A DNA stretch of 41,804 nucleotides. Origin: a virus. Shown here piece by piece: positions 26,177-32,473 of the stretch (position 1 is the first letter of the stretch; each line of letters opens with the position of its first letter). The translations under genes and the position numbers were made by a program. The notes under the pieces are model-generated. The model had not been told where the DNA came from. It did no database searches and worked only from the letters and a program-made list of their open reading frames with translations. Where the stretch lies: positions 1-41,804 of the IMG/VR virus record IMGVR_UViG_3300024895_000001; one strand, given 5' to 3'.

Positions 26177-27543
26177 GCTGATTTCCTATAGGTCTTGGAT
26201 AGGTCGGATTTGATGCTGTGGCCGCGCTGGCGCAGGGTGTTGGCGAGCAGGGCGCGGTCGTGGTGGCTGTGGCTGGCCTGGCGGAGCAGGCCGAAGTAGC
26301 TGTTGCCGGTGGCGAACAGGTCGGCGGCCGGCATTGCCCTGGTGCGGCCGATGGCGTCGTTGAAGGTGCGCCGGCGCAGGGTGCGGCGGTGGGGCTTGAT
26401 GACCTGGCCGACGAAGTCAATGCCACGGTCGATCGGCTGCAGGATGGTTTTCTTGGGGTTGATGCGGGCGGCCAGTTGGTCGGCAAGCAAGGTCTCGATC
26501 TTGGCCTTGGCGGCGTTGAGCCATTGGGGCGATTCGTGGAGCAGGACGAAGTCGTCGACGTAGCGGATGTAGTGCTTGGCGCGTAGTTCGTGTTTGACGA
26601 ACTGGTCGAGCACGTCGAGATACACGTTGGCGAAGAACTGGCTGCTCAGGTTGCCGATGGGCAGGCCTTTGTGGGCGGGCTGGTTGGTCAGGCGCTTGTG
26701 GGGTGGTACCAGATCCAGTTGGCGGGGGTCGCCGTGCAGTTCGTAGTTCTGGCGCGGGTCGTGGAAAAGGACGGCCTCGGTCAGTTGCAGCCACCAGTGC
26801 TCGGTGATGTGCCGGGCGAGCAGGCGCTGCAGGATGTTCTTGTCGATGCTGACGAAGAAGTTGGCGAGATCCAGCTTCAGGTAGAAGGCGGGCTTGGTCC
26901 AGTTCTGGGTGATGCTGCGCACCTTGGCTTCGAGCCGCTGGGCAGCGTAGAGGGTGCCGCGGCCGGGGATGCAGGCGCAACTGTCGGCGATGAAGCGGGT
27001 GTAGAAGCGCGGCGAGATATGGTTGTGCAGCAGGTGGTGCACGATGCGGTCGCGGAACTGGCCGGCCCAGACTTCGCGGGCCTTCGGTCGGGTGATGACG
27101 AAGCAGATGGAGCGGCCGGGTTGGTAGCTGCCGTCTTCGAGTTCGTCATGCAGTTCGCGCAGGTTGTGTTCCAGGTTGGCTTCGAAGGCCAGCGCACTGG
27201 CGCTGTTGCGCTTGGTGCGCCGGCAGTCGAAGTAGGCTTGTACCAGTTCGGTAAAGGTGAAATCAGCGGGTGCTTTCCAATCTGCGGACGGCACGAGCAC
27301 GGAGCTCGTTGTTCTTGTGGTTGTTGTTCTGGTTGCCGTTGTTGAAGTTCTGATACCAGGCGTAGCCGGAATCGGACCTGTCGTGCTTTCTACGTCGCCC
27401 GGCCGACTGTTCAGCGGGGAAACTGCGCCGGACCTTTCCTGCGTGCTGCAGGAGGTCTCCGGGGTGCGCATGTCGGTGGCCTCGTGAGCCAGCGGCACGA
27501 CCAGATTGAATATGCGCTCAGTCATGGCGGCCTTGACCTCCAT
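26173..27543 (-). CDS. Diversity-generating retroelement reverse transcriptase
   Basis: Its RT motifs include LKLDLANFF, the DGR-typical LPIGNLSSQFFANVYL, and YIRYVDDFVLL. It is preceded by Avd and TR. The most plausible start is 27525 (GGAGG upstream), and 27543 and 27471 are also in frame. Confidence 0.9.
   Translation of the reverse strand: MEVKAAMTERIFNLVVPLAHEATDMRTPETSCSTQERSGAVSPLNSRPGDVESTTGPIPATPGIRTSTTATRTTTTRTTSSVLVPSADWKAPADFTFTELVQAYFDCRRTKRNSASALAFEANLEHNLRELHDELEDGSYQPGRSICFVITRPKAREVWAGQFRDRIVHHLLHNHISPRFYTRFIADSCACIPGRGTLYAAQRLEAKVRSITQNWTKPAFYLKLDLANFFVSIDKNILQRLLARHITEHWWLQLTEAVLFHDPRQNYELHGDPRQLDLVPPHKRLTNQPAHKGLPIGNLSSQFFANVYLDVLDQFVKHELRAKHYIRYVDDFVLLHESPQWLNAAKAKIETLLADQLAARINPKKTILQPIDRGIDFVGQVIKPHRRTLRRRTFNDAIGRTRAMPAADLFATGNSYFGLLRQASHSHHDRALLANTLRQRGHSIKSDLSKTYRKSA
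27278..27377 (-). repeat. DGR template repeat (TR), ~100 bp, AAC-rich on the sense (minus) strand
   Basis: It aligns ungapped to three VRs, and every mismatch is at a + strand T, which is a sense-strand A. In the VR frame it encodes ...GYAWYQNFNNGNQNNNHKNNELRARAVRRL. Confidence 0.9.
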
Positions 27544-27892
27544 GAAGCGGGCGCGATGCGGACTTGCGCCACCCGTTGGCCTGCTTCCCGATGCTGGTGG
27601 TGAGTTCGACGGCGCGGGCGTAGCCGTCCTTGCTGATGAGGTGCTTGTCCATGGACAGGCGCAGCATCAGCTCGGCGACCTGCAGGCGCTCGACCAGTTC
27701 CAGCAGATGCGGTGCCTTGTCCTGGGCGACGTTGGCCCGGAAGATCAGCACCGTGATTTCGATGCACTCGGTGCTGATCTTGTCGCCGATAGATCGCTTG
27801 AAGTCTCGCTGCATGTTCTTGACGAGACTGGTGACGACATCGAGCAGGTCGTAGGCGACCTTGTAGATGGGAAGATGGGTATGGGTGGCCAT
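27518..27892 (-). CDS. avd: DGR accessory variability determinant (Avd; four-helix-bundle family)
   Basis: 124 aa. MATHTHLPIYKVAYDLLDVV...ITVLIFRAN...LLELVERLQVAELMLRLS... resembles Avd/23S-rRNA-IVS four-helix-bundle proteins. It lies between the target gene and TR/RT. Confidence 0.8.
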   Translation of the reverse strand: MATHTHLPIYKVAYDLLDVVTSLVKNMQRDFKRSIGDKISTECIEITVLIFRANVAQDKAPHLLELVERLQVAELMLRLSMDKHLISKDGYARAVELTTSIGKQANGWRKSASRPLHGGQGRHD

Positions 27893-27910
27893 GCTGATTA
27901 AATGATCGAA

Positions 27911-28378
27911 TTACTCAATGATCAATCTGCGGACGGCACGAGCACGGAGCTCGTTGCGCTCGTGGTAGTAGCGCTGGCGGCCGTTGCCGAAGTCCTGACA
28001 CCAGGCGTAGCCGGAATCGGACTCATTGGCTTCGCAGGACCAGTACCAACGGTCTTCGAACTGGTCTTTGAGGTTGGCGTAGAGCAGCGATTGTTCGCGG
28101 CGGGTGGGCAGGTTTCCGCCTTTGGCTTGTGCCCACTTCCATGCGTCTTCCCAGTTGATGTCGTCGGCCTGGCCGGGGAGAAGCACCAGGTGATAGCTGG
28201 GCTCGCCATCCTTGCCAACGATCAGGCCGGCGTAGTGTTCGCCGGGGTGCAAATGGATGGTGACTTCGGGGAAGTAGAACTCGGCGGCAAGCTGGTTGGC
28301 CTGGGCTTCGAAGGTGGCGATCTTGGCGGCCAGTGCATCGGCGTCGGCCTTGATCTGTTCAAGCGTGATGGTGGTCAT
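27911..28378 (-). CDS. DGR target protein 1 (DUF1566/Lcl-C-terminal, C-type-lectin-fold-like) with C-terminal VR1
   Basis: 155 aa with ...GGNLPTRREQSLLYANL...WYWSCEANESDSGYAWCQDFGNGRQRYYHERNELRARAVRRLIIE. VR ends 12 nt before the stop. Confidence 0.85.
   Translation of the reverse strand: MTTITLEQIKADADALAAKIATFEAQANQLAAEFYFPEVTIHLHPGEHYAGLIVGKDGEPSYHLVLLPGQADDINWEDAWKWAQAKGGNLPTRREQSLLYANLKDQFEDRWYWSCEANESDSGYAWCQDFGNGRQRYYHERNELRARAVRRLIIE
27923..28022 (-). repeat. DGR variable repeat VR1
   Basis: 100-bp ungapped match to TR with 13 mismatches, all at TR adenines (sense strand). Confidence 0.9.
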
Positions 28379-28402
28379 AGCGTCCTCGAAATGACTGAAT
28401 GA

Positions 28403-28762
28403 TTAAATGGGCAATCTGCGGACGGCACGAGCACGGAGCTCGTTGTCCTTGCGGCGGTAGAGCTGGTCGCCGTCGTTGAAGTACTGAAACCAGGCGTAGC
28501 CGGAAGCGGAATGGTGCTGCTCGTTGCTCCAGTACAAGTCTTTGTTGAACTGGTCGCGATGGTTGGCCCAGAGCATGGCCTGCTCGATGCGGTTGGGCAG
28601 ATCACCGCCGATGGATTTGGCCCAGTCGATCTGGGCTTGCCATTCGGCGTCGTCGTTGTCGCCAGGGAGCAGGATGAGGTGATAGACCTCGCCGGATGTG
28701 TCGCCAATGGCGCCGATGTAGGTTTCGCCTTCGGCAAGCGGGGGGGGTTGAAGTTGTTGCAT
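28403..28762 (-). CDS. DGR target protein 2 (DUF1566-like) with C-terminal VR2
   Basis: 119 aa with ...GGDLPNRIEQAMLWANH...LYWSNEQHHSASGYAWFQYFNDGDQLYRRKDNELRARAVRRLPI. Confidence 0.85.
   Translation of the reverse strand: MQQLQPPPLAEGETYIGAIGDTSGEVYHLILLPGDNDDAEWQAQIDWAKSIGGDLPNRIEQAMLWANHRDQFNKDLYWSNEQHHSASGYAWFQYFNDGDQLYRRKDNELRARAVRRLPI
28412..28510 (-). repeat. DGR variable repeat VR2
   Basis: About 99-bp ungapped match to TR with 12 mismatches, all at TR adenines. Confidence 0.9.
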
Positions 28763-28783
28763 GGGTGTCCTTTCCAGTTGGAA

Positions 28784-29764
28784 TTAATTGGGTTGAGCAG
28801 TCAGCTGGTCGAGCGTCCCGCCGTTGGTGATCCAGAATTCAACCCACTTGGGCTGCCGGCCTCGGCCGCTCCAGGTGAGTTCTCGGTTCTGCGGATGGAT
28901 ATATTTGGCGCCGATCATGTTGGCGAAGCGGGTGCTGTTATCCGGCTCCTGCTCTGGTGATGGCATGCCTTGTTCGGCGTTTTTCTCGGCTTGTTCCTTG
29001 AGTAGATCAAGGAATGCGAGGCGCTTGATGTCAAGATTCTCGGTCAGCACAAAGCTGATTCTGTCGTCCCAAGTGAGGGCGAGCTTGGTAGGTAGTTTTC
29101 CGCTGGCAAGGTCAGCGCGGACGCGCTCGGTTTCGATTGGGCAGCGCTTGTAGGAAACGGCGGATTTATCCTCGCCAGCGGATTGCAGTTCGCAGTCTCT
29201 ATCGATAGTGAATCCGGCTGGTGCTTCACCGCCGGCAAGCCAGTCGGCCATGGCTGAGGTCGGTGAAATAGTGCTATGGAGCGGCAGTAGCGGGAAATCG
29301 TCGAGCGAGTGGCGGAGTAGTTCGATAAGCTCGGCTGCTTGGCTGGCGCTGCCGTCGATGGCAAGCCATCCGTTATCTCGGTCGATCCAGGCAAACGTAT
29401 TGCGCCGCTTGGTAAAGGCGCGCGGCATCAGTTCTTCTGTCACGCGCTCTTTGAGTTCGCGGAGCTGCTTGCGGCCAGGTGCGTGGCCTTGTTCATCGGT
29501 CAGCTTGTCGGCCCTGGCGCTGACTTCGTCGTTGATCACCGAGGCGGGAAGCAGGCGCTGCTCAATGGTCAGGGCGATCAGCCACTGGCGATTCTGGGTG
29601 TAGGCCAGTGCGCCATCCTTGCGTGGTGATGTCCATCCCTTGCTGGTGGCTTGATGGGAGGCGCAATGGGCAAACATGGCGCGAGCCAGTTGTTCTTCAA
29701 GTTGCCCTGGCGTGATTTTCCAGTCGGATTTCAGGCGATAGACCTGGAGGTTTTTGAAGAACAT
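28784..29764 (-). CDS. rdgC: RdgC-like recombination-associated protein fused to a C-terminal H-NS-type DNA-binding domain
   Basis: The N-terminus MFFKNLQVYRL... and ...LLPASVI..., ...LMPRAFTKRR..FAWID..NGWL resemble RdgC. The C-terminus AKYIHPQNRELTWSGRGRQPKWVEFWI...GGTLDQL matches the H-NS/MvaT TWxGxGRxPxW motif. The start at 29764 shares one base with the upstream stop. Confidence 0.7.
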   Translation of the reverse strand: MFFKNLQVYRLKSDWKITPGQLEEQLARAMFAHCASHQATSKGWTSPRKDGALAYTQNRQWLIALTIEQRLLPASVINDEVSARADKLTDEQGHAPGRKQLRELKERVTEELMPRAFTKRRNTFAWIDRDNGWLAIDGSASQAAELIELLRHSLDDFPLLPLHSTISPTSAMADWLAGGEAPAGFTIDRDCELQSAGEDKSAVSYKRCPIETERVRADLASGKLPTKLALTWDDRISFVLTENLDIKRLAFLDLLKEQAEKNAEQGMPSPEQEPDNSTRFANMIGAKYIHPQNRELTWSGRGRQPKWVEFWITNGGTLDQLTAQPN

Positions 29765-30549
29765 CAGATAGCCTCTTTGAATTCTATGGTCGTGGTCTTT
29801 TTGCAGCGAGCGGTGCCGACCGGGATCAGCGCGAGAACATCGGCTCGACCTGCGGCCTTGGCGGCAGATTTGGCGGCTTCTACAGCCCGTTCCGGCTTGG
29901 CGCAAAGACGCGGCTTACGCTTTGGTACGCGGATGACGTAGCCGATGGCTACATCCTTGATGTCGACAGGCGGTTCGTCGGTCTCAGCGCTGGTTTTGTG
30001 CAGCGATTCAAGACGGTTGCGCAGCTGGTGATAGCCTTCGCAGCCGTAGGCCTGGGCCACGTCTTGCCAGCATTGCAGGGCGCTCTCTGCCAGGGCAAGC
30101 TGGTTTTTGTAGTCCTCAGCGGTCGCGAAGTGTTCGTCGCGCTGCATCTCTGCGTTGCGGAGTTGTTCGCGAAGTTCTACGGCGGCGTTGTGTCGATCTA
30201 CAGCAATTTCTACGGCGCGCCGTTCGATCGTTTCGGGTGCTTGGCGTTGAATCTGGCGGCGACCTGGCTCCTTCTTCTGCAGCGGATTGCGGCGCGATTC
30301 TGAGCGGTGTTCGGATACCCACTTCGGCCAGTCGGCGGCAACGACGGCAGACGAGAGCCGCCATTCGATGGTGTCTTGCTGGCCCGGGCGTTTGACCGTG
30401 CTGGTGACGACGAACCCGCTGGCGACTGCTGCGTTCATGGTGCCGCTCAGTTGCTTGTGCTCGATACCGGCGGCTTGGGAGAGTTCGGCAGAACGGATGC
30501 CCGGCCGCTTTTCAATGATGTTGAGGGCTTTCTGGGTTTTAGTTTCCAT
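29764..30549 (-). CDS. Hypothetical protein (N-terminal winged-helix-like, central coiled coil)
   Basis: 261-aa ORF with a good start context. No family was recognised. Confidence 0.55.
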   Translation of the reverse strand: METKTQKALNIIEKRPGIRSAELSQAAGIEHKQLSGTMNAAVASGFVVTSTVKRPGQQDTIEWRLSSAVVAADWPKWVSEHRSESRRNPLQKKEPGRRQIQRQAPETIERRAVEIAVDRHNAAVELREQLRNAEMQRDEHFATAEDYKNQLALAESALQCWQDVAQAYGCEGYHQLRNRLESLHKTSAETDEPPVDIKDVAIGYVIRVPKRKPRLCAKPERAVEAAKSAAKAAGRADVLALIPVGTARCKKTTTIEFKEAI

Positions 30550-30574
30550 GGTGGCGATCAGACGAAAAGGTTGA

Positions 30575-30826
30575 TCAGTACGAACGAGGTGCTGGGTCGG
30601 GAAGGCCGCGGTCGATCAGCGTCGTGCTCTGTGCATCAATCAGTCGCTTGTGCCTTGCATGAGCCTCCAATAGCTGCTTGCTAAGGTGGTTGATCTGGAT
30701 CTGGATCGCATCGCGCTCATCAAGCAGGCCTGATAGCGATAGCTGCAGATCAGTGATCATTGCCTCCTGTGATTTGATACGCAGGCCAAAGAAGACGCGG
30801 TAAATCCACTCGATCAGGCGGCGCAT
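30575..30826 (-). CDS. Hypothetical small protein
   Basis: ATG 30826 is preceded by GGAGG. 83 aa, coiled-coil-like. The longer 175-aa ORF call is Arg/Pro-rich and looks like a spurious extension. Confidence 0.5.
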   Translation of the reverse strand: MRRLIEWIYRVFFGLRIKSQEAMITDLQLSLSGLLDERDAIQIQINHLSKQLLEAHARHKRLIDAQSTTLIDRGLPDPAPRSY

Positions 30827-31014
30827 GGCATAGCCTCCAGGTAGGCTGTGGCTGGGGTCTTGATCTTGACGGCCAGCTTGACCCAGCCGGCAGGAACGAC
30901 AGGCGATACCACGGCGCGGCGACCGTTGGTGATGATGTGCCAGCCGCGGACCTTGGCGGCCTGGGCGATTTCTTCGAGCAGTGCGTCGTCGGGAACGATT
31001 TGGGCGATGATCAT
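30814..31014 (-). CDS. Hypothetical small protein
   Basis: ATG 31014 is preceded by GGGAGG. 66 aa (MIIAQIVPDDALLEEIAQAAKVRGW...). Confidence 0.5.
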   Translation of the reverse strand: MIIAQIVPDDALLEEIAQAAKVRGWHIITNGRRAVVSPVVPAGWVKLAVKIKTPATAYLEAMPCAA

Positions 31015-31217
31015 GATGCCTCCCTGGTTGAAATGGATTTGAAGGCCCGGTAGTTGGGTTGTTGTTCGGCCAGCCGCATGGATTCCTCCGGGCTGCTGGC
31101 AATGACGGTGGCGACTACCTTCCTGGCCGATTGATTGGCGTTCAGGCAGGATTTGCGGTGCATGGTCACTTCGTAGGGGCGTGGGGAGCATCTGGTTTTC
31201 ATGCTTGGCTCTGGCAT
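31011..31217 (-). CDS. Hypothetical small protein
   Basis: 68-aa ORF whose stop overlaps the next start (ATGA). The start is uncertain. Confidence 0.35.
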   Translation of the reverse strand: MPEPSMKTRCSPRPYEVTMHRKSCLNANQSARKVVATVIASSPEESMRLAEQQPNYRAFKSISTREAS

Positions 31218-31786
31218 GGCGCTGTGTTTGCCGCGGCCTCGGCGGCGACAATGCGGTCAAAGAGTGCGGCGGCTTCGATGGTGATCGGGTGCAGGACTGC
31301 ACGCTCAATGGCGCTCATGTCGTACGTGGTTATTTCAGGCGCTATCCTGTTTTTTGCCGCCCGATAGGCCATGGATTTCGCGATGGATTCCAGTGCCTCT
31401 GCCAGCTCTGTCTGCATGACCTCGGCCATTGGTTTTCTGAAATGCCCGCCGGTGCGAATGAGCGACAGAATGTAGTTGTCCGAGTAGTCGTGCTTCATCA
31501 CGGCCAGCTTCTGCACGGTAGTTTCCATGGGCAGCGTGGCGGCGAGCCGCCTTGCTTCTGGGAGCGCCTTGCGGATGTCGTCTTCCATGCGATTTTCTTC
31601 AGCCTTGGCTACATTGGCAGCCTGTATGGCTTCCCTGGCTTGTGCCTCGATGATCGTGGCGGCTTTGCTCAGGGCGAGGCGCTCTGCTTCATTGGAGATG
31701 GATTCGGCCAGTTTGCGGACTTGTGTAGCCGTCCGGCGAAGCGCCGATCCTTTGTCCTTGATGGACTGCGATTGGGTCTTGGTCAT
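31199..31786 (-). CDS. Hypothetical protein
   Basis: About 195 aa from MTKTQSQS... (the ORF maximum starts at 31813). Helical, with no family recognised. Confidence 0.5.
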   Translation of the reverse strand: MTKTQSQSIKDKGSALRRTATQVRKLAESISNEAERLALSKAATIIEAQAREAIQAANVAKAEENRMEDDIRKALPEARRLAATLPMETTVQKLAVMKHDYSDNYILSLIRTGGHFRKPMAEVMQTELAEALESIAKSMAYRAAKNRIAPEITTYDMSAIERAVLHPITIEAAALFDRIVAAEAAANTAPCQSQA

Positions 31787-31793
31787 GTTTCGC

Positions 31794-31910
31794 TCAGTGC
31801 TGGATCGGGGCAATTGCCGGGATGCTCATGGTCTTCTCGAAGCCCATTCCCATGAACGACAGGGCGGTGCGACGGTAGAAGGCGCGCTGCTGTTGTTCGG
31901 TGTGGGTCAT
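31794..31910 (-). CDS. Possible 38-aa ORF (MTHTEQQQRAFYRRTALSFMGMGFEKTMSIPAIAPIQH)
   Basis: ATG 31910 is preceded by GAGG within the conserved post-VR block. It is below the ORF-track cutoff. Confidence 0.3.
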   Translation of the reverse strand: MTHTEQQQRAFYRRTALSFMGMGFEKTMSIPAIAPIQH

Positions 31911-31931
31911 GTCAGCCTCGAAATGACTGAA

Positions 31932-32282
31932 TTACTGAATGATCAATCTGCGGACGGCACGAGCACGGAGCTCGCCGCGCTTGCGGGTGTCGTCCTGGTA
32001 GCCGTAGCTGAAGTGCTGATACCAGGCGTAGCCGGAAACGGACTCAGCGCTCGACCAGTACCAGGTCTGTTCGAACTCTTCCTTGGCAGTGGCGAATAGC
32101 AGGGCCTGCTCGACGCGGTTAGGCAAGCCGCCGCCTTGCTTGGCAGCCCAGTTCATGGACTTCTTCCAGGTGCCCTGGAAGCTGCCTGGCAGCAGGATGA
32201 TGTGGGTTGTGGTGCCGTCAGCAGAGACGATGCCGCCGATGTAGCGTTCGCCATCGGCGAGGGGGATGGTGGGGTGGGTCAT
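31932..32282 (-). CDS. DGR target protein 3 (DUF1566-like) with C-terminal VR3; first gene of the early-left operon
   Basis: 116 aa with ...GGGLPNRVEQALLFATA...WYWSSAESVSGYAWYQHFSYGYQDDTRKRGELRARAVRRLIIQ. A GGAG RBS lies 8 nt upstream of the ATG. Confidence 0.85.
   Translation of the reverse strand: MTHPTIPLADGERYIGGIVSADGTTTHIILLPGSFQGTWKKSMNWAAKQGGGLPNRVEQALLFATAKEEFEQTWYWSSAESVSGYAWYQHFSYGYQDDTRKRGELRARAVRRLIIQ
31944..32043 (-). repeat. DGR variable repeat VR3 (about 3.4 kb upstream of VR2 in the operon)
   Basis: 100-bp ungapped match to TR with 13 mismatches, all at TR adenines. Confidence 0.9.
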
Positions 32283-32312
32283 GGTGGGCTCCGTTGATTG
32301 ATGTGCGGATTA

Positions 32313-32341
32313 ATTATCACGAACGCGATAATTATTGTCAA
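32313..32341 (-). promoter_or_regulatory. Early-left (PL-like) sigma70 promoter: TTGACA - 17 nt - GATAAT on the minus strand
   Basis: -35 is at 32341..32336 and -10 at 32318..32313, read directly. It lies about 30 nt upstream of the first minus-strand gene. Confidence 0.7.
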
Positions 32342-32355
32342 CGCAAATGCGATAA
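32314..32355. promoter_or_regulatory. Two repressor operators at the PL-like promoter (TTATCAC-gaac-GCGATAA; TCAACGC-aaat-GCGATAA), 24-bp phase
   Basis: They share the inverted-repeat half-site (TTATCGC/GCGATAA) with the cI/cro intergenic region. One covers the spacer/-10 and the other the -35. Confidence 0.65.
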
Positions 32356-32404
32356 TTTTGGCGGGATATGCTCACGCTCGGATTTTCGGGTGGCTGAAAA
32401 TGGT

Positions 32405-32432
32405 ACAAAAAAGCCCGCGCTCGGCGGGCTTC
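32405..32432 (-). terminator. Rho-independent terminator ending the repressor/TerB-BRCT transcription unit
   Basis: The minus strand reads agcccgcc-gagc-gcgggct followed by TTTTTT. It lies about 45 nt downstream of the 32474 stop. Confidence 0.7.
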
Positions 32433-32473
32433 ATCTAGACGGAGATAGGCGTTAGCAGCTCTCGCTGTTCAGG

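Noticed and set aside
26173-27543. Reverse transcriptase as a retron, group II intron or Abi-type defence RT.
   Set aside because: The Avd gene, the TR with A-specific VR mismatches, and the SQ-containing motif (IGNLSSQFFAN) point to a DGR RT. No msr/msd-like inverted repeats or intron RNA domains were seen.
27278-32043. Four copies of a ~100-bp repeat, which could be mistaken for a CRISPR array or IS remnants.
   Set aside because: The spacing is irregular (about 545, 390 and 3430 bp). The copies lie at the 3' ends of paralogous ORFs. They differ only at template adenines, so these are a DGR TR and its VRs, not CRISPR repeats or transposon ends.
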